DNA of 64,000 bases, from the NCBI GenBank assembly GCA_045648925.1, contig JAZROY010000009.1, positions 1,062 through 65,061 on the forward strand, in the 5' to 3' direction. Source of the stretch: Candidatus Enterousia sp. (GTDB lineage Bacteria; Pseudomonadota; Alphaproteobacteria; Rs-D84). The position numbers and the translations under genes are program-made. Below are positions 48,279-59,208 of this stretch, in pieces. The notes below the pieces were generated by a model that searched no databases, was not told the DNA's origin, and worked only from the letters and a program-made list of their open reading frames with translations. Position 1 is the stretch's first letter; the number at the start of each line of letters is the position of its first letter.

Positions 48279-50054
48279 TTATTTATCTTGAATCAATACG
48301 GCCTTGATTCTTCGGACCCCGGCAGAACTAGATTCTTCTTTTAATATTTTGAATCTGCCCAATTCGCCAGTATTAGCGGCATGTGGTCCACCACAAATTT
48401 CATTTGACCACTTGCCCATCTTGTAAACTTTTACCACTTCGCCATATTTATCACCAAAAACACCAATCGCACCAGACGCACGTGCTTCATCCAATGGCAT
48501 TTCTGTACATTCCACAGGAACAGCCGCCGCAATTGCATCGTTCACTATTTTTTCTACTTCTGCCAATTCCGCAGGTTCAATGCGTCTGTTAAAAGACACA
48601 TCAAAACGCAAACGTTCTGGTGTGATATTTGAACCCTTTTGCATAACAGAATCGCCCAAAATACGACGCAACGCAGCCAACATCAAATGCGCTGCAGTAT
48701 GCAACCGTCTTGTTTCGATTGAATCGTCTGAAAGTCCACCTTTGAATTTTTGTTCTGCACCAGCACGAGATTTTTCTTGGTGTTCCGCATAAAGTTTATG
48801 GAAACCATCGGCATCCACAGATACACCATATTCAGTTGCCAGTTCCTGGGTGAATTCAAGCGGAAAACCAAAAGTATCATATAATCTGAACGCATCCGCC
48901 GCAGCAAGTTGATTATTTGCCACATTTTCAAGATACTTTTTCGCGATTTTCATACCAGATTCAAGTGTACGCGAAAATATTTCTTCTTCACGATTTAATG
49001 AGTTTATAACAAATTCTTGATTGCGTTCTAATTCTGGGTATATGTCTTTGTATTTTTCAATAACAACTTTTGCTATCTTTGCCATCGCATTTGCCGGTGC
49101 GTTCATTTGCGCCAAATAGCGATAAGCACGACGAATTAAACGACGCAAGATATAACCCTGGTCCACGTTTGATGGTGCAATTCCACGATCGTCCCCCAAT
49201 ATAAATGTAGACGCACGCAGATGGTCTGCAATTATACGATATGCCTTGTAATTGTTTGGTTCATATTTTGTGTTTGTCAATTCACTTATTTCATCAATAA
49301 TAGGTTTAAATAATTCAGTATCATAAACACTTGATACACCGTTCACAAAACAAAAAGCGCGTTCAAATCCCAATCCTGTATCAACATTATGCCGACCCAA
49401 CGGGACATAATTGCCGTCTTTGTCTTTGTTAAATTGCATAAATACATTATTCCAGATTTCAACATATTTACCACAACCGCATGCAGGACCACAATTTGGA
49501 CCACAATCTGGTTTATCATGAATATAAAATATTTCTGTATCTGGTCCACAAGGTCCAGTAGTTCCCGCAGGTCCCCACCAGTTTTCCTTTTTGCCATAAA
49601 AGAATATGCGTTCTTTTGGATATCCCAAATCTTGCCATATCTTGGCAGATTCTGTATCCCGTGGTGCAGATTCATCACCAGCAAAACAAGTCACCGCTAT
49701 TTTTTCTTGGGGAATTTTTAAAACCTGGGTCAAAAATTCGTGAGAAAAACCAATAGATTCTTTTTTAAAATAATCATTCAACGACCAATTACCCAACATT
49801 TCAAAAAAAGTCAAATGCGTAGCATCACCAACCGATTCAATATCACCGGTACGCAAACATTTTTGACAGCTAACCAAACGTTGTCCCAGCGGATGGGATT
49901 CCCCCATTAAATAAGGAACCAATGGATGCATTCCCGCAGTAGTGAACAAAACAGATGGGTCGTTTTCTGGTATCAACGATGCCGATGGAATTTCTTTGTG
50001 ACCACGTTTTACGAAAAAATCTATATATAATCTACGCAATTCATTAGCTGTCAT
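48279..50054 (-). CDS. alaS: Alanine--tRNA ligase, short form lacking C-Ala domain
   Basis: LFTTAGM, FFEMLGN, EIWNNVF, DTGLGFER, HTAAH, CGGPH; ends after the editing domain. Confidence 0.95.
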   Translation of the reverse strand: MTANELRRLYIDFFVKRGHKEIPSASLIPENDPSVLFTTAGMHPLVPYLMGESHPLGQRLVSCQKCLRTGDIESVGDATHLTFFEMLGNWSLNDYFKKESIGFSHEFLTQVLKIPQEKIAVTCFAGDESAPRDTESAKIWQDLGYPKERIFFYGKKENWWGPAGTTGPCGPDTEIFYIHDKPDCGPNCGPACGCGKYVEIWNNVFMQFNKDKDGNYVPLGRHNVDTGLGFERAFCFVNGVSSVYDTELFKPIIDEISELTNTKYEPNNYKAYRIIADHLRASTFILGDDRGIAPSNVDQGYILRRLIRRAYRYLAQMNAPANAMAKIAKVVIEKYKDIYPELERNQEFVINSLNREEEIFSRTLESGMKIAKKYLENVANNQLAAADAFRLYDTFGFPLEFTQELATEYGVSVDADGFHKLYAEHQEKSRAGAEQKFKGGLSDDSIETRRLHTAAHLMLAALRRILGDSVMQKGSNITPERLRFDVSFNRRIEPAELAEVEKIVNDAIAAAVPVECTEMPLDEARASGAIGVFGDKYGEVVKVYKMGKWSNEICGGPHAANTGELGRFKILKEESSSAGVRRIKAVLIQDK

Positions 50055-50316
50055 TTGTTCACCTTTTGGAATAAATTGTTTATATAAAAATCACTTGTCA
50101 ACTTTAATCTCTCTTTTATTCAAAGTCAATTGTAAACTCTTAATCATCCAAATTTATTATTAACCAAACAAACAAGAAACAAACAACACAAAAAACGAAT
50201 ATTTTTGTAATTTTCTAGGTTTGTATTCTCATAACGGTTGTATTTATTGATTTTATTCTATTATAATGATAATATACCCAAAGGAATTGGGAACAAAACA
50301 AACAGAGAGAAACACA

Positions 50317-50562
50317 ATGAATCATTATCAAATCTGGCGCGCGATTGAATTATTTGCAAAAGAACATGGTTTATCTTGTTCTGGTCTTGCCAAACGAAGC
50401 GGTTTGGATCCGACAACTTTTAACAAAAGCAAAAGATTTTCCAAATACGAACAACCAAGGTGGCCTTCGACCAACAGCATTGCAAAAATAATTGATGCAA
50501 CCGGTTCAACACCCCAAGATTTTTTCAAATATATAAATAACGAAGGAAACGAAAAACACTAA
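50317..50562 (+). CDS. XRE-type HTH transcriptional regulator
   Basis: IWRAIE.FA...GL..SGLAKRSGLDPTTFNKSKR...PRWPST. Confidence 0.82.
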   Translation: MNHYQIWRAIELFAKEHGLSCSGLAKRSGLDPTTFNKSKRFSKYEQPRWPSTNSIAKIIDATGSTPQDFFKYINNEGNEKH

Positions 50563-50611
50563 AAAAACAATTATTTTTCCTTGTAAACACAGGCCTATTG
50601 TTGTAGGATAA

Positions 50612-51193
50612 ATGATGAACTTAGCAAAAGGATTTATCATGATAATAGCAATAATAGTGTTGATTTGTGTGATTTTGTTCTTTATTTTAACTTATAATTC
50701 CTTGGTTTCTGGTCGTCAAAATGTTAAAGAGGCATGGTCGACCGTAAACACCCAATTGAAACGCAGATATGATTTAATTCCTAATCTTGTAGAAGTTGTC
50801 AAAGGATACGCAAAACATGAACGCGAAACATTATCTGCTGTGGTGGCTGCACGTTCTGCTGCAATGTCTGCAAAAGGTGTCGATGGCAAAAACGCGGAAG
50901 AAGGCGCATTATCTGGTGCATTAAAATCTTTGTTCGCATTGTCAGAAAGTTATCCTGAATTAAAAGCAAATACAAACTTTTTGGAATTACAGCAAGAATT
51001 ATCAGATACAGAAACAAAAATTCAAGCAGCAAGACAATTTTATAACACCGTTGTGCAAAGTATGAATATCAAGGTTAAATCTTTCCCTTCGAATATTGTT
51101 GCGGCGATATTTCATTTTAATGAAGAAAAATATTTTGAACTGGATGAAACAGAACGCGAAGCAGTCAAGCATGCACCAAATGTAAAATTCTAG
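50612..51193 (+). CDS. lemA: LemA family protein
   Basis: YNSLV...LKRRYDLIPNLV, YPELKAN..F, FYN, FPSN. Confidence 0.95.
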   Translation: MMNLAKGFIMIIAIIVLICVILFFILTYNSLVSGRQNVKEAWSTVNTQLKRRYDLIPNLVEVVKGYAKHERETLSAVVAARSAAMSAKGVDGKNAEEGALSGALKSLFALSESYPELKANTNFLELQQELSDTETKIQAARQFYNTVVQSMNIKVKSFPSNIVAAIFHFNEEKYFELDETEREAVKHAPNVKF

Positions 51194-51203
51194 GGTTTGA
51201 TTT

Positions 51204-52145
51204 ATGGTTCAAGATGTTTATCAACACATAAAACGCAATAATATAAAAACTGTGTTATTGGTTTTACTGTTTCCTGTTGTGTTGGGAATGATTGTGTTTT
51301 TATTATCTTGTGCTTTTATGTCTGTTGACGAAGCATTGAATTTGATATACACCGCATTTCCCGTGATTATTGCCGTATGTTTTATATGGACGATTATTTC
51401 TTATTCTTGTGGCAGTAATATGATGCTGGGGTTTGCTGGCGCACACGAATTGAACGAAAAAGATACCGAAAACAAAAAAGTTTTTAAATGTGTTGAAAAT
51501 GTCGCCTTGGCCACAGGTCTGCCGACACCACGTGTATATGTTATAGATGACACAAGTTTAAATGCTTTTGCAACGGGGACATCACCAGATAATGCATCTA
51601 TTGCTTTAACCAGTGGTATTATAAACAAATTAACCTCTTTGGAACTGGAAGCAGTGATTGCACACGAAATGGGACATATAAAAAATCGTGATATTCGATT
51701 AGATGTTATCATTATTACTTGTCTTGGGGCATTGACATTATTGGCTGATTTTATCGCGCGTTCTTTCTCGTATTCCAATAACACACAACATAATGACAAC
51801 AAAGAACAAAACAATATGCAACTTGTGCTATTAGTGTTGTGGTTATCGTTACTTGTTTTTAATTTATTACTTGCGCCAATTATTTATTTTGCACTGTCAC
51901 GAACACGCGAATATGCCGCAGATGCCGCATCTGCACACATTACAAGAAATCCAAGTGCTTTGATTTCTGCATTAAAAAAAATCAGCGTTGACCCACGTGT
52001 TGAATCACTGGATAAATGTGAATTGATGGGAAATGTTTGTATTGCAAACCCATTGGATAAAAAGCGTATGTTTGCAGGAATTGGGGAAACACATCCTTCC
52101 ATAGAAAACCGCATAAAAAGATTAAAATCTATGCGTGGTTTTTAA
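51204..52145 (+). CDS. htpX: HtpX-like M48 zinc metalloprotease
   Basis: NAFATG, AHEMGH, REYAADA, THP. Confidence 0.9.
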   Translation: MVQDVYQHIKRNNIKTVLLVLLFPVVLGMIVFLLSCAFMSVDEALNLIYTAFPVIIAVCFIWTIISYSCGSNMMLGFAGAHELNEKDTENKKVFKCVENVALATGLPTPRVYVIDDTSLNAFATGTSPDNASIALTSGIINKLTSLELEAVIAHEMGHIKNRDIRLDVIIITCLGALTLLADFIARSFSYSNNTQHNDNKEQNNMQLVLLVLWLSLLVFNLLLAPIIYFALSRTREYAADAASAHITRNPSALISALKKISVDPRVESLDKCELMGNVCIANPLDKKRMFAGIGETHPSIENRIKRLKSMRGF

Positions 52146-52156
52146 GACATCAATTT

Positions 52157-53374
52157 TTATTCGTATCTTAAACTGTCTATTGGGTTTAATTTTGCCGCCT
52201 TAATCGCAGGCATCACACCCGATGCCAATCCTACAACAACCGCAACTGATATAGATACCACAACCGGCCAAATTGAAAAAGGGACATTATAATGTAAAAT
52301 AAAACGACCAACCCCTTGGGATAATCCGACACCTAGAATTAAACCGAACATAGAACCAATAAATGATATCAATATTGATTCTGATAAAAATTGTGTGACA
52401 ATTGTGCTTTCTTGGGCACCAATCGCCTTGCGAATGCCAATTTCGCGGGTGCGTTCTGCCACCGATACCAACATCATATTCATAATACCGATAGAGCCAA
52501 CCAACAATGATACAGCCGCAATCGCAACCAATAACAAGGTTAAATAACCACTTACCGTTTCCATCGTCTCCATAACTTGTTTCATATCTGTAATTTGAAA
52601 ATCATCATCTGCGCCATCTTTTAATTTATGACGTTGACGCAAAAGTGTTGTGATTTGTTCTGTCGCTATATTATTATCTGAATCTTGATACAATTTCAGA
52701 GAAATTATATTGACTGAATTTGGGAATCTGGAACCAGAAATTCTTTTTTTCAAAGTAGTTATTGGAACGATTATCATATCGTCTTGGGACATCATACCAG
52801 AATCCCCCTTTGCCTTGGTCACACCAATAACAGTTAATGGAGTATTGCGAACACGAATAATTTCACCAACTGGATTTTTTGGCATGCCCAATTCTTCGGC
52901 TGTATCAGGTCCAATTACCGCATATGTTGCCGCACTGCGCACCGCAGACATATCAATAAATGTCCCGTATTCTATTTCAATATTTTGAACGGTTGCGTAT
53001 CCTGGATAAACGCCAACCATTGATGTAGACCAATTTTTATTTCCATATACAACCTGGGCAGAACTGTTTTCCACTGGCGATACAGCCGCTACATCTGGCA
53101 ATTGTGAAAGATATTGAACATCATCCATTGTCAATGTCATGCGATTACCGCTGCGCACACCAGCACTTTGTGCGGCACCTGCGCGTATCATTATCGTATT
53201 TGTCCCAAGCGATGAAAACTGGTCAGTTATTGATTGTTGAACTGTTTCCCCAACCGCCACCATTATAACCACAGCCATAATACCAATAACAATACCCAAA
53301 ACCGTTAAAAAAGAACGCATTTTGTTTCCACTGATGGACAACCAAGATTCATGTGCAATATCGTAAAATGTCAT
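52157..53374 (-). CDS. MacB-type ABC permease
   Basis: RSFLTVLGIVIG, GIMNMMLVSVAERTREIGIRKAIGA. Confidence 0.93.
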   Translation of the reverse strand: MTFYDIAHESWLSISGNKMRSFLTVLGIVIGIMAVVIMVAVGETVQQSITDQFSSLGTNTIMIRAGAAQSAGVRSGNRMTLTMDDVQYLSQLPDVAAVSPVENSSAQVVYGNKNWSTSMVGVYPGYATVQNIEIEYGTFIDMSAVRSAATYAVIGPDTAEELGMPKNPVGEIIRVRNTPLTVIGVTKAKGDSGMMSQDDMIIVPITTLKKRISGSRFPNSVNIISLKLYQDSDNNIATEQITTLLRQRHKLKDGADDDFQITDMKQVMETMETVSGYLTLLLVAIAAVSLLVGSIGIMNMMLVSVAERTREIGIRKAIGAQESTIVTQFLSESILISFIGSMFGLILGVGLSQGVGRFILHYNVPFSIWPVVVSISVAVVVGLASGVMPAIKAAKLNPIDSLRYE

Positions 53375-54126
53375 TTTTTGCGCGCCTTTTGTTCTGATTT
53401 TAATAATACAGATTCGTTTTTCGGAATCGGTCCATCATAGGTTATGCACCCATCATAAATATGTATTACGCGATTTGCATAACTTGCAATTTCAAATTCG
53501 TGGGTAATCATAACAATGGTTATTCCCATTTCTTTGTTTAACTTTTTAAAGAACTTTAAAATTTCATTTCCCATTTTGGAATCAAGCGCCCCTGTTGGTT
53601 CGTCTGCCAAAATCAATTTAGGATTTCCAGCCAATGCACGCGCAATAGCAACCCTTTGCTTCATACCACCGGATAATTGTGTCGGTAAATATGTTTCGAA
53701 ATTTTCCAAATTCACCAGTTGTAACATTTCGCGTGCGCGTTCAAGCCGTTCTTCCATGGGAAGTCCACGATACATTAACGGCAACATAACATTGTCCAAA
53801 ATGTTTCTTTTTGGTAATAAATTAAAATTTTGAAAAACAAAACCGATATATTCATTTCTTATTTTTGCCAATTCATCAGGCAATAAAGTTGTAATATCCT
53901 TGCCATATAATTCATAAATACCACTGGTTGCGGAATCCAATGCGCCGATTATATTCATACAAGTTGATTTTCCAGAACCCGATGGTCCCATAATTGCAAC
54001 AAATTCCCCAGGATTGATTGTGAAAGATATATCAAATAAAACCTGCTGCTCACCGCCAATTTCCAGCGGGAAACTTTTACAGATTTTTTTCATTGATATT
54101 ATTGGTGTTTGTTTCATTGTGTTCAC
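53371..54126 (-). CDS. ABC transporter ATP-binding protein (MacB/LolD type)
   Basis: GPSGSGKST, LSGGMKQR, ADEPTG. Confidence 0.95.
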   Translation of the reverse strand: MNTMKQTPIISMKKICKSFPLEIGGEQQVLFDISFTINPGEFVAIMGPSGSGKSTCMNIIGALDSATSGIYELYGKDITTLLPDELAKIRNEYIGFVFQNFNLLPKRNILDNVMLPLMYRGLPMEERLERAREMLQLVNLENFETYLPTQLSGGMKQRVAIARALAGNPKLILADEPTGALDSKMGNEILKFFKKLNKEMGITIVMITHEFEIASYANRVIHIYDGCITYDGPIPKNESVLLKSEQKARKK

Positions 54127-54128
54127 CC

Positions 54129-55304
54129 CTAGCGCGGACCGCCACCAGGACCGCCCATCATGCCGCCACCACGACTATTTTTTGTTTTTGTTTTTGATTT
54201 TTGTCCCATGTATCCAATAACAATCTTGTCCCCCGCCATTATTTCATCAGAAATAATTTGTGTTTCGGTTGCGGTGGCCAGACCCTTTTTATACGAAACC
54301 AAAATTATTTTACCTTCGCGCATAATCGCCAAATGATTTTGTGGTGTTATTGATTCATCGTTGATTTCAACAATACCTTCAAAACTGCGGATTAAGAAAG
54401 CAGAATTTTGTGCTTTCCATGTATCTTTGGCAGAATTAACCGTAATTGTCACAAACGCAGTCATACCCGGCATCAATTTTAAATCACTATTATCAACATC
54501 AATAACCACAGTGTAAACGACAACATTAGATGTTGTTGTTGGCGAAAGTCGAACCTGACGCACAGAACCTTCAAATGTTAAACCCGAATACGCATCAACA
54601 GTAAAAGTGACTGATTGACCCTGCTTTATTACACCGATATCTGCCTCTGACACAGAAGTTTCTATTTGCATTTTTGTTAAATCTTCTGCGATATAAAATA
54701 AATCTGGGGTTTGAAAAGACGCAGCAACTGTTTGACCTTTGTCCACCTTGCGCGAAATCACAGTTCCATCCACAGGCGAAGTAATTGTTGCATATCCTAA
54801 ATTGGTTACCGCTTTGTCATATTGAGATTGGGCGCGAACAACAGATGCCTGGGCCTGTTCATATTGAGTTTGCGATTGTTCCATTGTTGAACGCGCGATA
54901 AAATCACTTTCGAATAAATATTTATTGCGTTCGTATTCATTTTTTGCGTAATCGCGTTGTGAAATCGCGGAATCTAATGATGCCTTGGCTTCATCAACAG
55001 ATGCCTGTAAAACAGAAGGTTCAATGGTTAATAATTTATCGCCTTTTTTAACGGTTGAATTATAATCGACAAATATTTCTTCGATTGTACCAGAAACCTG
55101 GGAACCAACACTGACCGTATTCACTGGCATAATTTCACCAGTAGCCGTTACGGTTTGTGCAATATCGCCACGCGTTATATCCATTGTGACAAAGTTTTTC
55201 TTTTCAACTTTTTTTCCCACCACAAACATCGCCACAATCATCGCAATCAAGGCAATTAAAAATAGCGTCCACCATTTATGTCGTAAAAACCAATTTCTTT
55301 TCAT
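54129..55304 (-). CDS. macA: MacA-like periplasmic adaptor
   Basis: VGSQVSG, SPVDGTVI, GQTVAASFQTP. Confidence 0.88.
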   Translation of the reverse strand: MKRNWFLRHKWWTLFLIALIAMIVAMFVVGKKVEKKNFVTMDITRGDIAQTVTATGEIMPVNTVSVGSQVSGTIEEIFVDYNSTVKKGDKLLTIEPSVLQASVDEAKASLDSAISQRDYAKNEYERNKYLFESDFIARSTMEQSQTQYEQAQASVVRAQSQYDKAVTNLGYATITSPVDGTVISRKVDKGQTVAASFQTPDLFYIAEDLTKMQIETSVSEADIGVIKQGQSVTFTVDAYSGLTFEGSVRQVRLSPTTTSNVVVYTVVIDVDNSDLKLMPGMTAFVTITVNSAKDTWKAQNSAFLIRSFEGIVEINDESITPQNHLAIMREGKIILVSYKKGLATATETQIISDEIMAGDKIVIGYMGQKSKTKTKNSRGGGMMGGPGGGPR

Positions 55305-56636
55305 TTATTCTCCCTCCAATTCTGATTTAATATCGCCAATTGCCAGTGCAACAGCCGCGCGTTTTACAAACAAATCATATTTAGCCGCATTATTTTGCTT
55401 TTGCGCATTTATCAATTCAGATTGTGCGGTCTGCCAATCAAGCATTGTACTGCGCCCTACTTTGTACATTCCAGAAGTAACACGTTCATTTTCCGTTGCA
55501 GATTTCAATAAACTTTCTGTTTGGGTTAACACAGTTTGGGCGGTTTTATAATTTTGATATGCAGTAAACACATCCATCATCGCCGAATTTTTTGTTTGCT
55601 GTTCGTTATATTTCGCACGATCATAATCAGATTCAGCTGCGCGTAACCCATACATATTTGCAAACCCAGCAAACAAAGGCATTGAAACACTGATACCAAT
55701 TGAACCGTTGATTCTGTCTGATTCTGGTGAAAAAACACCAGACAAAGAATCATCGTTCCATCTGGCGCTTGCAGATGCAGAAATTGACGGTAAATTTTTC
55801 AAAAACGCAGAATTTCTTTTGTGCCACGCCGCATCTTTGTTTGCCGATGCCTTTAATAAATCAGGTCTTTTTTCTTGTGCAATTTTTATCAAATCATCTA
55901 TACTTTTGTTTTCAGCAGCACTACCGAAATTAGACGGCATATCTGCAATAGTTATATCCTGGTTCGCAGGGAAAGATAACTTTGTTAGTAATGTCCCCTT
56001 TACAATTTCACGATTGTTTTTCGCGCGTTCCAATGACAATTGTGACGATGCCAATGTAGTATCTGCCTTGTAAACATCCGCCTTGGCCACAGCACCCGCT
56101 TTGAACTTTTTATCGGCGGTATCTTTTGCGGTCTGGGCAACCCGTAATGCAGATTCCGCAGATTCCACATCTGCATCTGCATTTAATAATTCATAATAAG
56201 CCCCGATTAATCCATACACAAAATTTTGTATACTTTCATCATAATCAAATCCCGCCGCACGGTATGCAGCAATCATTTGATTCATATCTGCCGTTCTTTT
56301 GCCAAAATCAAAAATTAAATAAGACGCAGAAATCGAAGCGCCATATCCCCAATCACCCCACTCTTTATTAGCATACCCTTTGTCCGCAGAAAGTCCCGCC
56401 CTTACACTTGGCAAATAATTCGCATAACCCGCGTTTTTGTTAAAATGGCTGGACCGCAAAGAAGCGTATGCCGCAGCGGTTTGTGGATTGCGACAAAGCC
56501 CCAGATTGATAACATCTTGTAATGTTTGGACACCACTTGGAACACTTCGCATTGTCGCACAGTCGTCAGCCCCAAAAGCAACAATAGGCATCAAAGCAAC
56601 AAAAATACATATTTTTTTCATTTGTCCCCCATACAT
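55305..56636 (-). CDS. tolC: TolC-family outer membrane efflux protein
   Basis: Signal peptide, OEP repeats, first gene of the efflux operon. Confidence 0.85.
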   Translation of the reverse strand: MYGGQMKKICIFVALMPIVAFGADDCATMRSVPSGVQTLQDVINLGLCRNPQTAAAYASLRSSHFNKNAGYANYLPSVRAGLSADKGYANKEWGDWGYGASISASYLIFDFGKRTADMNQMIAAYRAAGFDYDESIQNFVYGLIGAYYELLNADADVESAESALRVAQTAKDTADKKFKAGAVAKADVYKADTTLASSQLSLERAKNNREIVKGTLLTKLSFPANQDITIADMPSNFGSAAENKSIDDLIKIAQEKRPDLLKASANKDAAWHKRNSAFLKNLPSISASASARWNDDSLSGVFSPESDRINGSIGISVSMPLFAGFANMYGLRAAESDYDRAKYNEQQTKNSAMMDVFTAYQNYKTAQTVLTQTESLLKSATENERVTSGMYKVGRSTMLDWQTAQSELINAQKQNNAAKYDLFVKRAAVALAIGDIKSELEGE

Positions 56637-56692
56637 TATTCATTACGATGAATATTATCCTAGCAAATACAAAACAAAATTAAAAGCATTTT

Positions 56693-57292
56693 TTATCGCG
56701 CGCGAATACATTTAAAAAATTTAGCCATTATGTCATCATGTTCTTTTGGTAAAACATTTTCTGGATACATCATTCTTTTTACGACCCATTTATCAGAATC
56801 AAAAAAAACATGAGTGTTTATCGGGAATCTAATATATTTATCCGGATTCTGCGCAATATTTTCGGATAATTTATCATCATAAATTTTTGTTATATACATT
56901 ATATCTATTAAATCATTATTTAATGCATATTCGTAAATCTTGGCGCCCCCACATATGAAAACATACGGAAACATCTTGCAAGATTTAATAGCGTTTTCTA
57001 ATGAATCTATATACAACACATTATTATACAATCGATTTTTGTATGCAGAACTGCACACTATATTCAATCGATTTGGCAGTGGCGTAACAGGTAAATTCAT
57101 AAAAGTTGTTTTGCCAAATATACAAGGGTGTGGTGTCGTTAAATTCTTAAAATGATATAAATCTTGACGCGAATACCACGGCATAACACCATTTTGCCCG
57201 ATTACATCATCTGGACCAACAGCCACAATTCCACATATGGTTGATTTTTTATTCACTATTCCTTTCCTTTCTGAATTTTTATTATGCAACAT
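56693..57292 (-). CDS. folA: Dihydrofolate reductase
   Basis: IG.NG.MPW...DL.HFK, GKTT, LPNRLNIV, ICGGAKIY. Confidence 0.9.
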   Translation of the reverse strand: MLHNKNSERKGIVNKKSTICGIVAVGPDDVIGQNGVMPWYSRQDLYHFKNLTTPHPCIFGKTTFMNLPVTPLPNRLNIVCSSAYKNRLYNNVLYIDSLENAIKSCKMFPYVFICGGAKIYEYALNNDLIDIMYITKIYDDKLSENIAQNPDKYIRFPINTHVFFDSDKWVVKRMMYPENVLPKEHDDIMAKFFKCIRAR

Positions 57293-57529
57293 TTTTTAAT
57301 GATTTGTCCATAAAAACCTAGGGATTCATACTGATGGTATTATTGGCATTTTTTTCCGATAATACTCATGTGGATTTGGGCATTAATATCAACAACAACA
57401 TTTTGTTTTCCAATTCAAACCATGATTTGATGTCTGAATCCACAATTATTTGTAAAAAAATGTAAAAATTTCTTGATTTTTGGTTTTTTATGTGGCAAAA
57501 TTGCCCCCGATGCACATAAAAAGTGCGAT

Positions 57530-57605
57530 GGAGGCATAGCTCAGTTGGTAGAGCAACTGACTTTTAATCAGTGGGTCCAGGGTTCGAGTCCCTGTGCCTC
57601 CACCA
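57530..57605 (+). tRNA. tRNA-Lys(TTT)
   Basis: 76-nt cloverleaf: GGAGGCA/TGCCTCC, ACTGA-CTTTTAA-TCAGT, encoded CCA. Confidence 0.97.
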
Positions 57606-57963
57606 GAAATAAAAACGCCCTTTTGGGCGTGTTTTATTTTTGTGGCACGGGACGAGAACCCGACCAGAGTTGCGAAGCAACGAAGGGTTCGAAAACAAGT
57701 AGATTTTACAAGCGAAGCGAAGTGAAATCGTCACGGTTTGCGCACAGGCATTTATGCCGAGCGACTATGAGTAAGCGAAAACGAATATAATGAAGTTTGA
57801 GCGCTAACGAATGCCGCACAGGCATTTGTGCCGAGCGAAAATAAGTAGATTTCACAAACGCAGTGTAGTGAAATCGTCACGTTTTGCGCGCAGGGCTTTG
57901 CCCGAGCGAGTCCCTGTGCCTCCACCAGAAATAAAAACGCCCTTTTGGGCGTGTTTTATTTTT
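57585..57963 (+). mobile_element. tRNA-linked miniature repeat element (322-bp unit bounded by 57-bp direct repeats)
   Basis: 57585-57641 = 57907-57963 (tRNA 3' end plus terminator); internal ~68-bp imperfect repeats at 57697 and 57843. Confidence 0.75.
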
Positions 57964-57984
57964 TAATTATATTTAAATCTGAGT

Positions 57985-59208
57985 TCACATTTTCTTAAAC
58001 ACAATTGATGTATTTATCCCGCCAAAGGCGAAATTATTGTTCATAACATATTCTGTTCGAATATTGCGCCCCTGCCCCATTATATAATCAAGTTTTCCAC
58101 ATTCTGGATCTGGGGTTTCCAGATTCAAAGTCGGTGCAAACCAACCATTATTCATCATTTGAATTGACCAAATTGATTCCAATGCGCCACACGCCCCAAG
58201 GGTATGACCAACATAACTTTTTTGTGTACTGCACGGTGTATTATTTCCAAACACAAATTCCGTAGCCAAAGATTCAGCCATATCCCCGTGCTTTGTCCCG
58301 GTTCCATGCATATTTACATAACCAATTGATTCTGGTTTTAAACCCGCACAATCTAACGACAACTGCATACACCGTGCCATTGTATCTTTGTTCGGTTGTG
58401 TTATATGCGTTCCATCTGTATTTGTTCCAAAACCAATAATTTCCGCATATATTTTTGCACCGCGCTTTACTGCATGTTCATATTCTTCCAAAATCAAAGT
58501 TGCCGCACCTTCGCCAATAACCAGTCCATCACGATTAACATCAAATGGGGACGGAGTTTTTTCTGGTGTATCATTTTTGACACTGGTCGCGTATAGTGTG
58601 TCAAACACGGCAACCTGGGTCATATCTAATTCTTCTGCGCCACCAGCAATCATTATATCTTGAGCGCCTGATTTTATTGATTCATATGCATAACCTATTG
58701 ATAAACTGCCCGAAGTGCATGCTGTTCCGCTTGGTATCAACCGCCCCGTAGTTTTGAAATAAAGCGATATATTGACCGCGGTCGTTTGTGGCATGATTTT
58801 GATGTACGAAGACGAATTTATTGGTCCAACCTCATGCGTTTTTATCATCGAATAAAAATCAAGCACTGGTCCCGCAGAACCAAATGAAGAACCATATGCT
58901 ACACCCGTTCTGCCCGAAGTTATAATTTCATCATTCAACAACCCGGCATCAATCAAAGCCATTTCTGATGCCCGAACCGCCATTATTGATACAGGCCCCA
59001 TCGTACGTAATACCTTGCGATTGTAATGTTCAGGTATAACAAAATTTTTCACAGGTGCAACAATATGCGCATTAAGTCCACGAATTTCTTTTAATTCTTT
59101 CTTTTCTTCGACTGCATTTATATATGTGTGCAAACGGTTATAAGCACTGTCCAAATCATTGCCCAGCGCACTGATGATGCCCATTCCTGTGACAACAACC
59201 CTTTTCAT
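57985..59208 (-). CDS. fabF: Beta-ketoacyl-ACP synthase (aryl-polyene ApeR-like)
   Basis: TACTSG, HGTGT, SYVGHTLG, NNFAFGG. Confidence 0.9.
   Translation of the reverse strand: MKRVVVTGMGIISALGNDLDSAYNRLHTYINAVEEKKELKEIRGLNAHIVAPVKNFVIPEHYNRKVLRTMGPVSIMAVRASEMALIDAGLLNDEIITSGRTGVAYGSSFGSAGPVLDFYSMIKTHEVGPINSSSYIKIMPQTTAVNISLYFKTTGRLIPSGTACTSGSLSIGYAYESIKSGAQDIMIAGGAEELDMTQVAVFDTLYATSVKNDTPEKTPSPFDVNRDGLVIGEGAATLILEEYEHAVKRGAKIYAEIIGFGTNTDGTHITQPNKDTMARCMQLSLDCAGLKPESIGYVNMHGTGTKHGDMAESLATEFVFGNNTPCSTQKSYVGHTLGACGALESIWSIQMMNNGWFAPTLNLETPDPECGKLDYIMGQGRNIRTEYVMNNNFAFGGINTSIVFKKM

Noticed and set aside
52157-57292. Acquired antibiotic-resistance cassette (MacAB-TolC, DHFR)
   Set aside because: No mobility signals and embedded among core genes; resistance cannot be inferred from sequence
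57473-57790. 105-aa plus-strand ORF
   Set aside because: Reads through tRNA-Lys and the repeat element; spurious
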